A stretch of 64,000 bases of DNA from Squalus acanthias (lineage: Eukaryota). Below are positions 35,220 through 48,339 of this stretch, piece by piece; position 1 is the first letter of the stretch; the number at the start of each line of letters is the position of its first letter. Both the position numbers and the translations under genes were made by a program. The stretch covers positions 152,274,001 to 152,338,000 of the forward strand of contig CM059431.1 of assembly GCA_030390025.1 (NCBI GenBank), given 5' to 3'. The notes under the pieces are model-generated. The model saw nothing but the letters and a program-made list of their open reading frames with translations. It did not search any database and was not told where the DNA came from.

Positions 35220-36847
35220 AAAAGCACTGGAGAAAGTAATGGGACAAAACACCGAAAAATACCCTGGACCTGATGGACTACAAACTAGGGTTTCCAAAGA
35301 GGTGTCTGCAGAGATAGTGAATGCATTGGTTTGGACCTTCCAGAATTCCCCAGATTCTTCAAAAATCCCCGTGGATTGGAAGGCAGCAAATGTAACACCG
35401 CTGTTCAAGAAAGGAGGGAGAGCGAAAACAGCGATCTAAAGATAAGTTCGCCTGACATCAGTAGTACGGGGAATGCTACAATCTTTTATTCGGGAAATGG
35501 TAACAGGGAACCTAAACAAAATCATAAAATGATTAGGCAGAGTCAACACGGTTTTATGACAGGGAAATTGTGTTTCACAAATCTATTGGAGTATTTTGAG
35601 GATGTCACTGATAGAGTAGATAAGGGAGAAACAGTGAATGTACTATATTTGGATTTTCAGAAGGCTTTCGATAAGACACCAATCAAGAGGCTGTTACACA
35701 AGATTAGGGCCCATGGGATTGGAGATACGCTATTCGCTTGGATTGAGGATTGTTTAATGGACATAGAACAGAGAGTAGGAATAAACGGGTTATTTTTGGG
35801 ATGGCAAGATGTAAATAGTGGAATGCACCAAGTAACAGGGCTTGGGCCTCAGCAATTTAAATCTATATCAATGACTTAAATGAGGGGACCGAGTGTAATA
35901 TATCCAGGTTTGCTGACGATAGAAAGCTAGGTGGCAAAGTAGGCTCTGAGGAGGGCAAAATGAGCCTGCAAAGGGAAATAGACCAGTTACATTATTGGAC
36001 AGGAAGTTGTTATATGGAGTATAATGAGGGGAAATATGAAAATTATGCACTTGGGTAGGGAGAAGCGAAAAGCAATTTATTTTAAAAGGTGAGAGACCAG
36101 TAAATGTTGTTATTCAGAGATATTTGGGTGTTCTTGTAAATGAATCACAGAGAGTTAACACACAGGTGCAGCAAGCAAATAGGAAGACAAATGGTATATT
36201 AGCCTTTATTGCAAGACGTTTGGTGTATAAGAGTAAGCAAATGTTGCTGCAATTATATAGGATTTTGTTGAGAACACGCCTGGAGTACTGTGTACAGTTA
36301 TGGTCACCTTATCTAAGGAAGGATATACTTGCCTTAGAGGAGGTGAAACGAAGGTTCACTAGATTGATTTCTGGGATGAAATGGCTGTCCTATGAGGAGA
36401 GATTGAGTAGAATGGGCCATTATTCTCTGGAGTTTAGATGAATGAAAGGTGATCTCATTGAAATGTATAAAATTCTTTGAGGGATTGACAGGGTAGATGC
36501 TGAGAGGCTGTTTCCCCTGTCTGCAGGGTCTACAGCTAGGGGTCATATGCTAAGGATAAGGGTTCAAGCATTTATGAATGAGTTAAGGAGAAATTTCTTC
36601 TCTCAGAGATTTGTGAATCTTTTGAATACTGTACTCCAGAGGGTTGTAGTTGCTCCGTCATTGATTATATTCAAGGCTGAGATCGATAGATTTTTTAAGA
36701 AACTAAGATAATAAGGGGAGATGGCGATAGGGCAGGAAAGTGGAGTTGAGGTCGAAAAACGGTCATGATCTTATTGAATGATGCAGCAGACTCGATATGC
36801 CCTATGGCCTAGTCCTGCTCCTAATTCTTATGTCCTTATGTTCTTAC
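35220..36847 (+). mobile_element. Decayed CR1 ORF2 RT region + 3' UTR
   Basis: QHGF, YLDFQKAFD, LEYCVQLWSP; cttatgtt tail. Confidence 0.9.
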
Positions 36848-37169
36848 GTTTTTAACCAGTGGGAAGAATGTATTACGGGTCACTCCTCATGATCTTACAG
36901 AACTCTAGCAAATTACCTGATAGTGTTCCCACCTCCAGTGGGAAAAGCATCTCCTCGTATTCTTCATGACTGCAAGTTTTCATTCCCAGCAAAAACCTGG
37001 TTAATAAATGCATCCACTTTTCCATTGATTTAAAATCCGACCTATAGCAGGGTGACCAAAACTTGTCAATATATTGCAACTGGACATTAATAAGGCCTCG
37101 TACAACCCGAGATCTCGCTACTAGCATTTTATGCCTTTAGATATAGAAGCAAGCATTTCCTTTAACATC

Positions 37170-38230
37170 TTGATCATAGAAGCATGGAATGATACAGCAC
37201 AGCAGGAGGCCATTCAAACCATCGTGCCTGTGCTGCTTCCTTGGCAGAGTTATCTAACTTATCCCAGTCCCCTGCTCTTTCCTCATAGCCCTGCAATGTT
37301 GTTCGTTTCAAGTATTAAACCAATACCCTTCTGAATGTTACTATTGAATGTGCTTGCACCACCCTTTCAGGCAGTGCACTCCAGATCACAAAAACTCGCT
37401 GTGTAAAAAAAGGTTTCCTCATGTCGCCTCTGGTTCTTTTTCCAAACACCTTAAACCTGTGTCCTCTGGTTACTGATCCTCCTGCCACTAGAAAGAATTT
37501 CTCCCTATTTACTCTATCAAAACCCTTCATGATTTTGGAATCTTCTATCAAATCTCTTCTCAAACACGTCTGCTCCAAGGAAAAACTTCCCAGCCCCTCC
37601 AGTCTCTCCACATAACTGAAATCCATCATCCCTGGTACGATTCTAGTCAATCTCCTCTGCACCCTCTCTAATGACTTGACATCCTTCCGAACGTGTTTTT
37701 CCCAAAACTGAACACAATAATCCAGCTGAGTACTCAGTGGTGTTTTATAAAAGTTTAGCATAATTTCCTTGTTTTGTATTCCATTCCATTATTAATAAAG
37801 TCACGGATCCCATATGCTTTTTGAACAGCATTTTGAACTTCCCTGCCAGGTTCAACGATTTATGTACATGCACCCCCAGGTCCCTCTGTACTCGATGCAC
37901 TTGATCAAGCATGTTCATAGAATCCTGAAATGATACAGCACAGAAGGAGGCCATTCGGGACCTCACACCCGTGCCGGCTCTTTTGGTAGAGCTATTCAAT
38001 TAGACCAACTAATTTGCCCTTTCCATAAAGCCATGCAAATTGTTCCGCTTTTGAAAGTTGTTATTGAATCTGCTTCTACCACTCTTTCAGGCAGTACATT
38101 CTAGGACATAACAACTCACTGCTTCTGGTTCTTATGCCATTTACCTGAAATCTGTGTCCTCTGGTTACTGATTCTCCTGCCACTGCAAACAGTTTCTCTT
38201 AAATCTGCGTCCTCTGCTTACCGATCCTCC
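37170..38230 (-). mobile_element. Clustered CR1 3' fragments
   Basis: ORF 37761-37315 (LDYCVQFW..RGHRFKV); catagaa tails at ~37175 and ~37917. Confidence 0.8.
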
Positions 38231-38639
38231 TGCCAAAGATGTGTGTACGTCCACCTCACAGTTCCTGCACCTCATTTAAATTGTTCCAGTTAGATTATAT
38301 TGCCTCTCCTCATTCTTCCTTCCTAAATGCATCACTTTACACACCAAACCCAGTAACAGCACCTCTGTGGAGACTGAGGCAATATATTTGTTTAATGTCA
38401 GTGGCCATTGCTTCAGTACACGTGTCCCGGCAGCCCGTGGTTTTCTGTCCTTTTAACTCATAGACCCATGGCATGCGGACTTCAATTTCCCGATCAGTGC
38501 ATTGTGAGAATGCATCACCTCACGTGAACCAACTAATCAGAGAATCAGGCATTCCGTATCGAAATAATGCCCTCGATCTCCACTATAAAACGTTCCACCT
38601 TCCACCTTAATCTCTGAATTGCCTCACACTTATCTTATA

Positions 38640-39575
38640 CAATATTAGAATCAGGATGCACGGAAGGAGACCATTCGGCCCATTCTGCCTGTGCCGGCAC
38701 TCTGAAAGAGCTGTCTAATAAATCCCACTCCTCTGCTGCTCTTTCCACATAGCCCTGCATTTTTCGCCCTTTGAAGTATATATCTAACACCCTTTTGAAG
38801 GTCATTATTGAATCTGCATCCACCGCCCTTTCAGGCAGTGCAATCATAATCATAACAGCTCGCTACATAAACAAATCTAATCTTCTCCCCCTCTGGTTCT
38901 TATGCCAATTCTCTCCAATCTGTGTACTCTGCATATCGATCCTCCTGCCAATGGCATCAGTTTATCCTTATTTATCGATCAAACTCCTTATTATTTTGAA
39001 CAGTTTGTTTAAACCTGCCCTTAACCTTTCCTCTTTTAAGAAGAACAGCCCCAGCTTCTCCAGTCCCTCATCCCTCGTACCATTCCATTAAATCTTTTCT
39101 GTACCCTCTATAAGGCCTTGGCATCCTTCCTAAATTGACCTGCCCAGAACTGCACAAAAAACTCCAGTTGAGAACTAACCTGTGCTTTATGAAGTTTTAC
39201 CTTAACTTCCTTGCTTTTTTAAATCTTTGCCTCTATTTATAAAGCCAACGATACCCGTATGCTCTTTTAACAGCTTTAGGGACTTGTCCTCCCAGCTTCA
39301 AAGACTTGTGTTCGTCCACCTTTATGTTCCTGCACTCCATTTAAATTGTACCATTTAGTTTATATGGCCTCTCATCGTTCTTCCATTCAAAATGAATCAC
39401 TTAACACGTTTCTGCATTAAATTCCATCTGTATTGTTTCTGCCCAGTTCACCAGTCTGTGTCCTCCTGAAGTCTGTTACTATGCTCCTCACTGATTACTA
39501 CATTTCCAAGTTTCGTGGCATTTGCAAACTCTGAAATGATGCCCTGTACACCCAAGATCAGGTCATTTATATAAA
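38640..39575 (-). mobile_element. Older CR1 3' fragment (paralog of 11425-12320)
   Basis: Reverse-complement match; retains the 3' UTR that is lost at 12320. Confidence 0.8.
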
Positions 39576-40484
39576 TTAATAAATCGTATGTCCTCTTATT
39601 AGTATTGTGCCTATAAAATGCCCATTTTGTTTGTCCTATGTCTTTGTTTCTTTCCCTGGTAGTCTCTCGTAGCTTTCGTATATTCTATTTTTATTTTCGA
39701 TCCTCCATATAAATATCAGTTTTTAAGGTATTGAAATTGATGTAGACTCCCTCTGCATCGACTGAACCCGAATTGGACACGTGATCCCTTTTTAGTACTG
39801 GGTATCGCATTAGCTTACATAAACTTTTCAACATAATCAAAAATCAGACCAATGATCTCAGGTAAATGAAAACCGACCTCATTAATACAATGCTGCAATT
39901 CTCCAGAATACTCTAAACCTTCAAATAGTGAACTGATTTATTGCTATCGCAGTCTTGCACAATTAGTTTAATATTATCATATTATCTCAGTATTAAAGCA
40001 CCATCCCAGATTTTCTCATTGACCTCTGGTGATTCGTCAGATGACAATATTTAATCAGCAGAAATGTTGGAGGTTTTGCTGCTTGACTCAGTGTGCAGTT
40101 CGGATGTGAAAATGACCATCAAACTCCACGGGATATGTTTGCTGTGTGCAGACAATAGCTTTTCAGATTTTGGTGATTGTGTTTATTGGGTTGTGCAAAG
40201 AGCACTCTATGAAGTTGCAAGAAGAATATTTATATTCACGGTTGTGTAAGCGCCCAATCTTAAAAGTAGCAAAATATATTTTTCAAATCTGGGACATGGT
40301 CTTATTGCTTCACAGACACAAGGGGTGAAGATCTCTTCTCTCTGATGAGAGACTATTGAGGGGAATGCTAAACCTTCATAAAACACTGGTTTGACCAGAG
40401 CTGTAGTATTGTGGTTAATTCTGGACTTCACACTTTAGCAATGATGCCAATGCCTCTGAGAGGGAACTAGAGGAGGTGTACTTT

Positions 40485-40720
40485 TAGTTGGTAACATGTT
40501 CGCCTCTGAGTCAGAAGGTTGTGGGTTCAAGTCCCACTCCAGAGAGCAGCAGAGAGAAGGAGAGCGACAGACAGACAGACCTTTTTGTCCAAGCTTCTGG
40601 AAATATGTCCTTATGTGGCTCGGTGTCAAATTATTGTCTGATGACGCTCCTGTGAAACGCCTTGGGACATTTTACGACGTTATGGTCGATGTAGAAATTT
40701 AATTTGTTCTTGTTGTTGTG
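40485..40720 (+). mobile_element. tRNA-head SINE with L2-like tail (paralog of 6165-6410)
   Basis: GAGTCAGAAGGTTGTGGGTTCAAGTCCCACTCCAGAG head; CCTGTGAAACGCCTTGGGAC..TGTTGTTG tail. Confidence 0.7.
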
Positions 40721-41943
40721 TCTGTTTTATCCACAGATGATGAATGTTTGCAGCATTTTCTGGTTTTGCTTCAGATTTATGACAGCAGCATTTTTTTTCT
40801 TTTTTTTACTTAATGCAATTCACGAGGTTTGCAATTTTATTAGAAACCCATTATAAACACTAGGCAAATTATCTAATGAATGAATGTTCTGATACTGCCA
40901 AGCAGACAATGCACACCATCTCGAAACGGAGGTGTTTTACTTTAATATAATGAATCATGTTGTATTTCAAAACTGATAATTTGATTATACAAGAAACACT
41001 GATTAGTTTCTTTCTAAGACTTATCGATCTAAAAACCAGTCCCCTAAAATCGAAAAAACGCTCAATCCATGCAGGGTATTGAGTCAATTTGGCAGCAATG
41101 AAGCAGTTGGTAAATCTGCGCAAGGTAATGAAGTAATAAGATTAATATATGGAAAATCGATTCATCTGCCATAGTCATTGGCATCACTGCTCTTGATATA
41201 AAGTTTGATATAAATAGTGGGGTGATTTTAACTTTAAGCGTTGGTCAACATGAACGATACCGAATTGGCAGGTCGATTTTCCTTCGCTTTGAATTCAGTG
41301 GAGTGGAAAAATTGGGCGGGGCGTAATTTAGGCGAACAATTCTATGCCGGCCATTTTACATAATCGCCTAAAGCTAGAATTATCCCCAGTGAGGGGTGTT
41401 TATACTTTTCAACAGCGGAAGGATCAGAAAATTGCTTTGGACGATCACAATGTAAAATCGGGCGCGGTGTTTAATGGGCGGACGATCCTCTACGGCCAAT
41501 TTTACAACCCCATCTAATAGGAACTTTCGCTCCAAATACCGTGAGAGAACGGATAGGATTTCTGGGCAGTGACGGTGCCGATATGATTGAGGAAGCTGAA
41601 GGCATTGTTTATATATATAATATTTTCCTTGGATTTATAATACAAATGATGGTTGAAGTGATAATCAAGCTGTACCAGAGGACGATATGGAACATTTTTT
41701 TAAGATATCTGCGGAAACGGAATTCATTCTGAAAATATGGCATAACTCATGTTGATAAAGACATAAAGCTTTAATACAGGTAACGTTAGGCTGTTCAAAG
41801 ATGTCAGAAAAGAGCTAGCATATTTATAGATGGGTAAACTTTGAGCTGAGGCATGATGCGATAGATTAGAAATATAGAAATATTAATAGAAGTAAGCCCA
41901 GTCAAACCTCGAGCCTTGGCAAAAGTAATGTGATAACAAAATC

Positions 41944-43300
41944 GTCACCAATAATGGTGGAGCGCGATCACCAGGACGTAGATGCAGCGTGCAGTCACCA
42001 CACATATTAATAGAATACGGGAACACCCAGAGAAGGATTATCTCCAGAAAAACATTACTGAAGAGTCACATAAAATAAAACTAGATAAAGCACTCCACCA
42101 GTAACGTTGGAACACGGTCATTATCAGAAATGATATTGTAGTGCCATCCACAGTAACGTTGGAGCAGATTCGCCACCAATAATGTTAGAGGATGGTCACC
42201 ACCAGTAGTCGCACAACACCAGGTTATAGTACAACAGTTTTTTTTTTAAATCACAAGCTTTCGGAGCGTTGCTCCTTCATCAGACTTCACCTGACGAAGG
42301 AGCAGCGCTCCGAAAGATTATGATTTCAAATAAAACTGTTGGAATATAACCTGGTGTTGTGCGACTTCTCACATTTGTCCACATCATGACCACCAGTAGT
42401 GATAGAGTAGAGTCACCACCATTAATGTTGGAGAAGGGTCATCACCAGTAATGATAGTGTAGGGACACCGCAGTATTGTAATGTAGGGTCACCACCAGTA
42501 AATTTAGATTCGGTTCACCAACAGTAATGTGAGAGCTATGTCACAAACAGTAATATTGTAGTTGGATCATCACAATTAATCTTAGAGTAGAGACATCACC
42601 AGTTATGTTCGACTAGGGTATTCACCAGTAATGTTAGAGCAAAGTCACCAGAAGTAATGTTATTGTAGATTCGTCACAAGTAGTGTTAGAGTATTGTCAA
42701 CATCAGTAATGTTATAGTCGGGTCACCACCATTAATGTTAGATAGAGTCACCAGGATTAATGTTAGAGTAGAGTCATCACCAGTAATGTTAGAGTACAGT
42801 CATCTCCATTAATGTTAGAGTAGAGTGATCACTAGTAATGTTAGATTAGAGTCATCACCAGTAATGTTAATGTAGGGTCAACACCAGCACGGATAGAGTA
42901 GAGTCACCACCACTTAGTTTGGAGCAGGGTCGCCACCAGTAATGTTAGAGTACAGTCAACACCAGTAATGTTAAAGTAGGGTCACCACCAGTAATGTTAA
43001 TGTAGGGTCAACACCAGCACGGATAGAGTAGAGTCACCACCACTTAGTTTAGAGCAGGGTCGCCAACAGTAATGTTAGAGCACAGTCACCACCAGTAATG
43101 TTAAAGTAGGGTCACCACCAGTAAGGTTAGAGTAGAGTCACCACCACCAAGTTTAGAGTAGGGTCACCACCAGTAATGTTAAAGTAGTTTCAACACCAGT
43201 AAGGTTTGAGTAGAGTCACCACCACTAAGTTTAGAGTAGGGTCACCACCAGTGAGATTACAGTTGCGTCACCACCAGTAAGGTTAGAATAGGGTCAACTC
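41944..43300 (-). repeat. 26-bp satellite array upstream of GPCR copy 2
   Basis: Same unit; the border with unique sequence matches that at 16110. Confidence 0.95.
42210..42388 (+). mobile_element. Penelope-derived hairpin element, second insertion
   Basis: Inverted arms around catcag-ac-ttcacctg; 12-bp TSD ACCACCAGTAGT (42198-42209 / 42389-42400). Confidence 0.85.
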
Positions 43301-43572
43301 CATTATTCATCATGGTGCAAAGCTACATTTAACTCTCTAATGGATGAGTTTAGATTTCAAAAAGAAGCAGTCACCGAACGCAGTGCCCGTGTGGGCAGTT
43401 CCCTTCGGGGATCACGGTTCTTGTGCCCAGTACATTCGTTCTGCTTTGAGTTCCTGTTCAATTATTTGAATTGATGGAGTTTCATGAACGGATTTGTAAA
43501 ATGTACAATTTGGTATCCCAGGAACACTGAAGTGGAAAATCTTGACTTGTTGGTTAAGTGACTGTAACTAAC

Positions 43573-43625
43573 GCCAATTGTCGTGTGACTAATAGTCTCA
43601 CCGGGGCACCGAGTTTTCTATAAAT
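43573..43625 (+). promoter_or_regulatory. Putative core promoter of GPCR copy 2
   Basis: GCCAAT at 43573 and TATAAAT at 43619-43625. Confidence 0.6.
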
Positions 43626-43703
43626 GGAGAGTGTTTATGGATCGCATGAACACTCTGACGCTAACTATACTGCCGGACAGAAGTCAAATATTCTTCTAAA
43701 AAA

Positions 43704-43773
43704 ATGTTACTGCCAACAATTCAAATGGTCAGCATCATTTACTATCCTGCTCTCGCAGCCTTTGGCATTCCCG
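43704..43773 (+). CDS. GPR139-like GPCR copy 2, coding exon 1 (MLLPTIQMVSIIYYPALAAFGIP)
   Basis: Differs from copy 1 exon 1 by one substitution; donor reads G|TTAAGA. Confidence 0.75.
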
Positions 43774-44669
43774 TTAAGACAATGAATCCTGTTGTCTAAT
43801 GGCTGTTGACTATCTCAGTGTTAATGATTATGTAATGATTCCCAGAATGTCCTCATTGTAGATTCACTTATTCATCGGGATAAGTTGGTGAATTTCAGTG
43901 GGAATCGAACCAGTCCACGCGGCTGGTGAGGCTGGTCGGTAGCTCGTGTGTGCCGGAAGCTCGCCTTTCCTCACTTTACTGATGGAGGGCGAAGCTGACT
44001 ATCCCCGGCCCTTCCAACAATATAGAGATCAGTACAGGCTGTGTTGCTTCCTGTGGATAGTAATAACATCAGCTGTCCCCTTGTACCCTGCTTATTTTTC
44101 GTTGATAATTGCTCGAACTGCAGCCACCTCCACCAAACAGAGGACTTTGAAAGATAATTTGAGCAACAGTTGCCGCTCAGGGAGCTGCTCCAATCCCCTC
44201 GGCTGCAAAGAACCTTCGCGTCTAAACCAGCTCCTGCTCTGTTACCGAGCAGTTCCCAGTCCCCACCGCCGCCCACCGCGCACCCCCCCCCCCCCCGCCC
44301 GCCCCCGAGTCCCGTCCTCCACCCCACTCCAGGGCGATTGTACAGAGAAAAAGCGCAGAGTTTCGACCTAAATTCAATGATGTTCTCTCAACGATATGTT
44401 TCGTTTGAATTCATATCTTTGTAGTAATTTCTGGGAAATTATATTTAATATATGACGATGGCTGTCTGAAGTCTGCAGGGAAAGGCGGCGCAATTTCAGT
44501 CCCTCTATATTGAGTGTTCAATGTTTATTTTTAAAATATTTTCGTTAACGATCGCCTATATAATTAAAAATCCGCCTGCACAGGGACACATCTGAACTTT
44601 TCCCCACAATATGGTGTGAGATTTATCCGATTGTGCCCGTTACTGACCGCTTGTCCCTCTTTCTTACAG

Positions 44670-45598
44670 CGAACCTACTGACAATCGTGATTCTCTCCGG
44701 AGGAAACTGCGGTCTTTCCAAAGGTATCTCGGTCTACCTGGTGGCCATGGCAACAGCAGATCTACTGGTCATGATCATCAATGTGCTGCTGTACCGCGTT
44801 TTTACATGTCACTTTCCACATTCATTCCTCAACTTCACTGCCGTCGGTAGGTTGCTTATATACTTGAATGCTGCTGTCTTCGATATGTCCGTGTGGTTTA
44901 CCGTCACCTTCACATTCGACCGCTATGTCGCGATAAGTTGTGAGCAGTTTAAAATGAAATATTGCACAGTCAGAACTGCGGCCGCCGTCTTAACAACGGT
45001 CTTTGTTCTGCTCTGTTTAGACAATATCCCCTATTCGTTTGCATATGAAACTGAACGAATAATTAACAATATTCACTGGGGTTGCCGCTTGAAAATGGGC
45101 TTTTTTACCACGTCTGCTGGTACAGCATTCATCTGGTTAGAACGTTTTTTAATTGCATGGCTTCCTTTCGCTTTGATATTACTGTTTAATTTTTTGACAG
45201 TCAGACGTATTTTAGTGGCCAGTAGAGCCCGCAGGCGACTCCGGGGACACAGCAGTGAGATTCTGAGCGACCCAGAGATGGCGAACAGGAGGAAATCCAT
45301 CATTTTACTGTTCAGTGTAACGGGCAGTTTCATAGTGTTGTGGCTGACATCTATCGTTAGTTATTTAATTAACTCGCTGGCCATTTATGACCGAATCGAT
45401 TATACAGCTCCTGCATACATGGCTTCTGCAACCGGATTTATGCTCATGTATTTGAGCTCCTGTACTAACACGTGCATTTATGCAGCGACCCAAACCAAAT
45501 TCAGGGAAGAGCTGGTGAGATTAGTGAAATCTCCTTGGTCCTTGATTCGGAACTTGGTTAACGAAATAGGAAGATCAAACCCGAGCTTCCTATCCTAA
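44670..45598 (+). CDS. GPR139/GPR142-like class A orphan GPCR copy 2, exon 2 (332 aa spliced); possibly a pseudogene
   Basis: TACTGAC branch point and CAG acceptor at 44669; DRY, WGC, NTCIY; ~83% aa identity to copy 1 by manual count, no indels. Confidence 0.9.
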
Positions 45599-45749
45599 CT
45601 AAAGCTTAATTGCAGATCGTGTTCCCTTTTAGAATGACGTTCTTTCAGTTGTGACGAAAACGAGATTATTGTTGCGAAAATGAACAGGTATCAGGAAACA
45701 TTTCTTCCATTTTGTGCCGTGTGTTTGATGTCTGCTGCTTTCCCCGGCT

Positions 45750-47580
45750 GAACGTAATCGTTTCTAGCCTATCCAAACCCGTCATAATCGTGAACACCTC
45801 TATCAAATCAGGCCTCAACCTCCTTTGCACTAATGAAAACAAATCCCCCATTCCCGGAAGCAATCTGGTACTTTGTCAAACGCCTTCTATGTGCACAACA
45901 TCCAATGCATTCCCTTCATCAATCCTCTCTGTTACTTCATTTAAAAATTCAATTAGATTAGTCAAACATGATCAGCATTTTACAAATCCGTGTTGGCTCT
46001 TCTTAAGTTACTTAAACCTCTCCAAGTGCCTGTTAATTTTTTTCTTGATTATTGTTTCTAAATCTTTTCCCACCACTGGTGTTAAACTGACCGGCCTGTA
46101 GTTACTAGGATTGTCCTTACACGCTTTCTTGAACAATGGTGTCACATTTGCCACTTACCCATTCTGAGGCACATCCCCTGCATCTGGGGAAGCCTGAAAA
46201 ATTATGGCGAGACCTTCCGCTATCTCCTCCCACAATTCCCGTAGCAACCTGGGATGCAAACTATCTGGACCAGGTGACTTTTCCAGTATAAATATACCCA
46301 GCCTTTCTAGTAAATCCTGCCTATCAATTCGCAGCCCTTCCATTGCTTATAACTTTACCACTTCTACCGATATTGTGTCAAAATCCACCTCCTTAGTAAA
46401 CACCGATACAAAATACTCACTGAGTATTCTAGCCTTGTCCTGCGCCTCTTAGCATATATCGCCTTCTTTGACTCTAATAGGCCCCACCTCGCCTTTTCCT
46501 ACCCACTTACTCTTTACATGCCAGGAGAAGATTGTTGGGCTCCATTTTATGTTAACCGCTATTCTATTCTCATATTCTCTCTGTGACAATCTTACTTTCA
46601 TCTTCACTACCCCTCTGAAGTCTTTTTATTTGGTCTCTTTTCTCCTTGAAGAATCCACCTGACATGCATCATAAAACCTCTTTTTTTGATTCATCATCTT
46701 CTCTAACTCCCTCGTCATGCTAGGAGCCATTTCTTTGCTTCCCTTACCCTTCCCTCTTGTTGGAATGTACCTTACCTGTACTTGGAACAAATGCTCCTTA
46801 AAGATAACACATTGTTCCCTTTTAGATTTTCCTGTCAGCCTTCCACTGGTTAGAACTTTTCACATCCCATTAAAGTTAGCTCTAATCCAGATTAGAAGTT
46901 CCACTCTAGATTGTTCCTTGCTCCGTTCCATTGCTAATCTAAATCTTATGATATGATAATCAATCGGATCCAAGTGGTATCCCACAGACACTTGGTCGAC
47001 CTGGCCCACCTCATTCCGCAGAACCAGATCCAGCAATGCCTCCTCCCTAGTTGGACCAAACACAAACTGGTCAAGGAAAATCTCCTGAACACATTTCAGA
47101 AATTCCTCCCCCACTTTTCCCTGTACCCGAGCATTATCCCAATCGATATGTGGGCAATTAAAGTTCCCCAATATGACCACTCTATAGCTATTGCATATCT
47201 CAGCGATATACCTGCAGTTTTGCTGCTCAACCTCCCTCAAACTATTTGAAGGCCTGCAGAATACCCCAATTGCGTGATCATACCCTGGTTGCTCCTCAAC
47301 TCTAACAAAATGGATTCTGTCCTTGTCGCACCCAGGAACATCTTCCCTTTCCACCACTACAAATTCTTCCTTAATCAGCACTGCCACCCCACCTCCCTTT
47401 TTTCCTTCCCTATCTTTTCTGAACACCGTGCACCCTTGAATGTTAAGTGTCCTGTCCTCGCCGTTGTTAAGCCACGTTTCCATTATTGACACAACATCAT
47501 ATTGCCACACGACTAATTCTGCTTATTGCTCACCAAACTTATTCATCACAGCTTGTGCGTTTATGTACATGCATTCAAAA
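45750..47580 (-). mobile_element. Decayed CR1 LINE ORF2
   Basis: ORF 47510-46860 with EN motifs (ETWL, GGGVA, GNFN, LLDLVL). Confidence 0.88.
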
Positions 47581-47786
47581 ATAATTTTTGATTTTTTTGT
47601 AGTATTTCTTAGTCTGCTATTATCTAATATGATAGTACTTCCGCCTCCCGTACAATATATTCTCCAACACACTCAATATTTTATGCACCTTATTGCTCTA
47701 TTCTACTCCTACATGATGGTGCCCATCTCCCTGCCAGGTTAAGTGAAACCCACTGAAAGTCGCTGGGTTATAAATAAAAGGCGCGA

Positions 47787-47858
47787 GCCCAGATACCTCA
47801 GTCGGTGAAACATCAGGCTTTTAATCTGAGCTTCAGGGTTCAAGTTCCTGTACGAACG
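47787..47858 (+). pseudogene. tRNA-Lys(UUU) pseudogene (paralog of 21367)
   Basis: gcccagatacctcagtcggt..cttttaatctgag..gggttcaagttcctg; TTTT downstream. Confidence 0.85.
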
Positions 47859-48257
47859 CTGCTTTTAAATCAAAATTCTCTATTCCATCTTTCAGGCTAC
47901 CCCCTGAAGCAAAAACCGTCCATTCTGATCTCATTAACGTATTTGAAAGATTTGTCATCGTGGCGGTGCTTTAAGGTACATTGAGTGGTAGTTTCGAGAT
48001 GGTCAATTTCTATGTTCATGCAGCCACGTGAAACACGAGCATTTCAAGCTGCTCTTCCCTGTTGTCTCAATAAAACTTGTTAATATGTGTTGCATATTTG
48101 TCACAACACCTGAATTTTGAACTATATTACATTTTCTAGTATTTACTTAATCTATATTAAACCGTTGCAAGTAAACGTATGATACTTTGGATGGGGTATT
48201 TTCTGATGTCATTGCGTTCAAGTGTAAACTTACGTGTTGTCTTCACTGTTAAAAGCA

Positions 48258-48332
48258 GCCTCTCAACAGGGACTTGAACTCTGGACCTTCAGGTTAAAAG
48301 TCGGAAGCTTTACCGACTATGCCATCCGGAAC
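48258..48332 (-). pseudogene. tRNA-Lys(UUU) pseudogene (paralog of 21836)
   Basis: aacagggacttgaactctggaccttcaggttaaaagtc..taccgact. Confidence 0.75.
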
Positions 48333-48339
48333 AAGCTCC

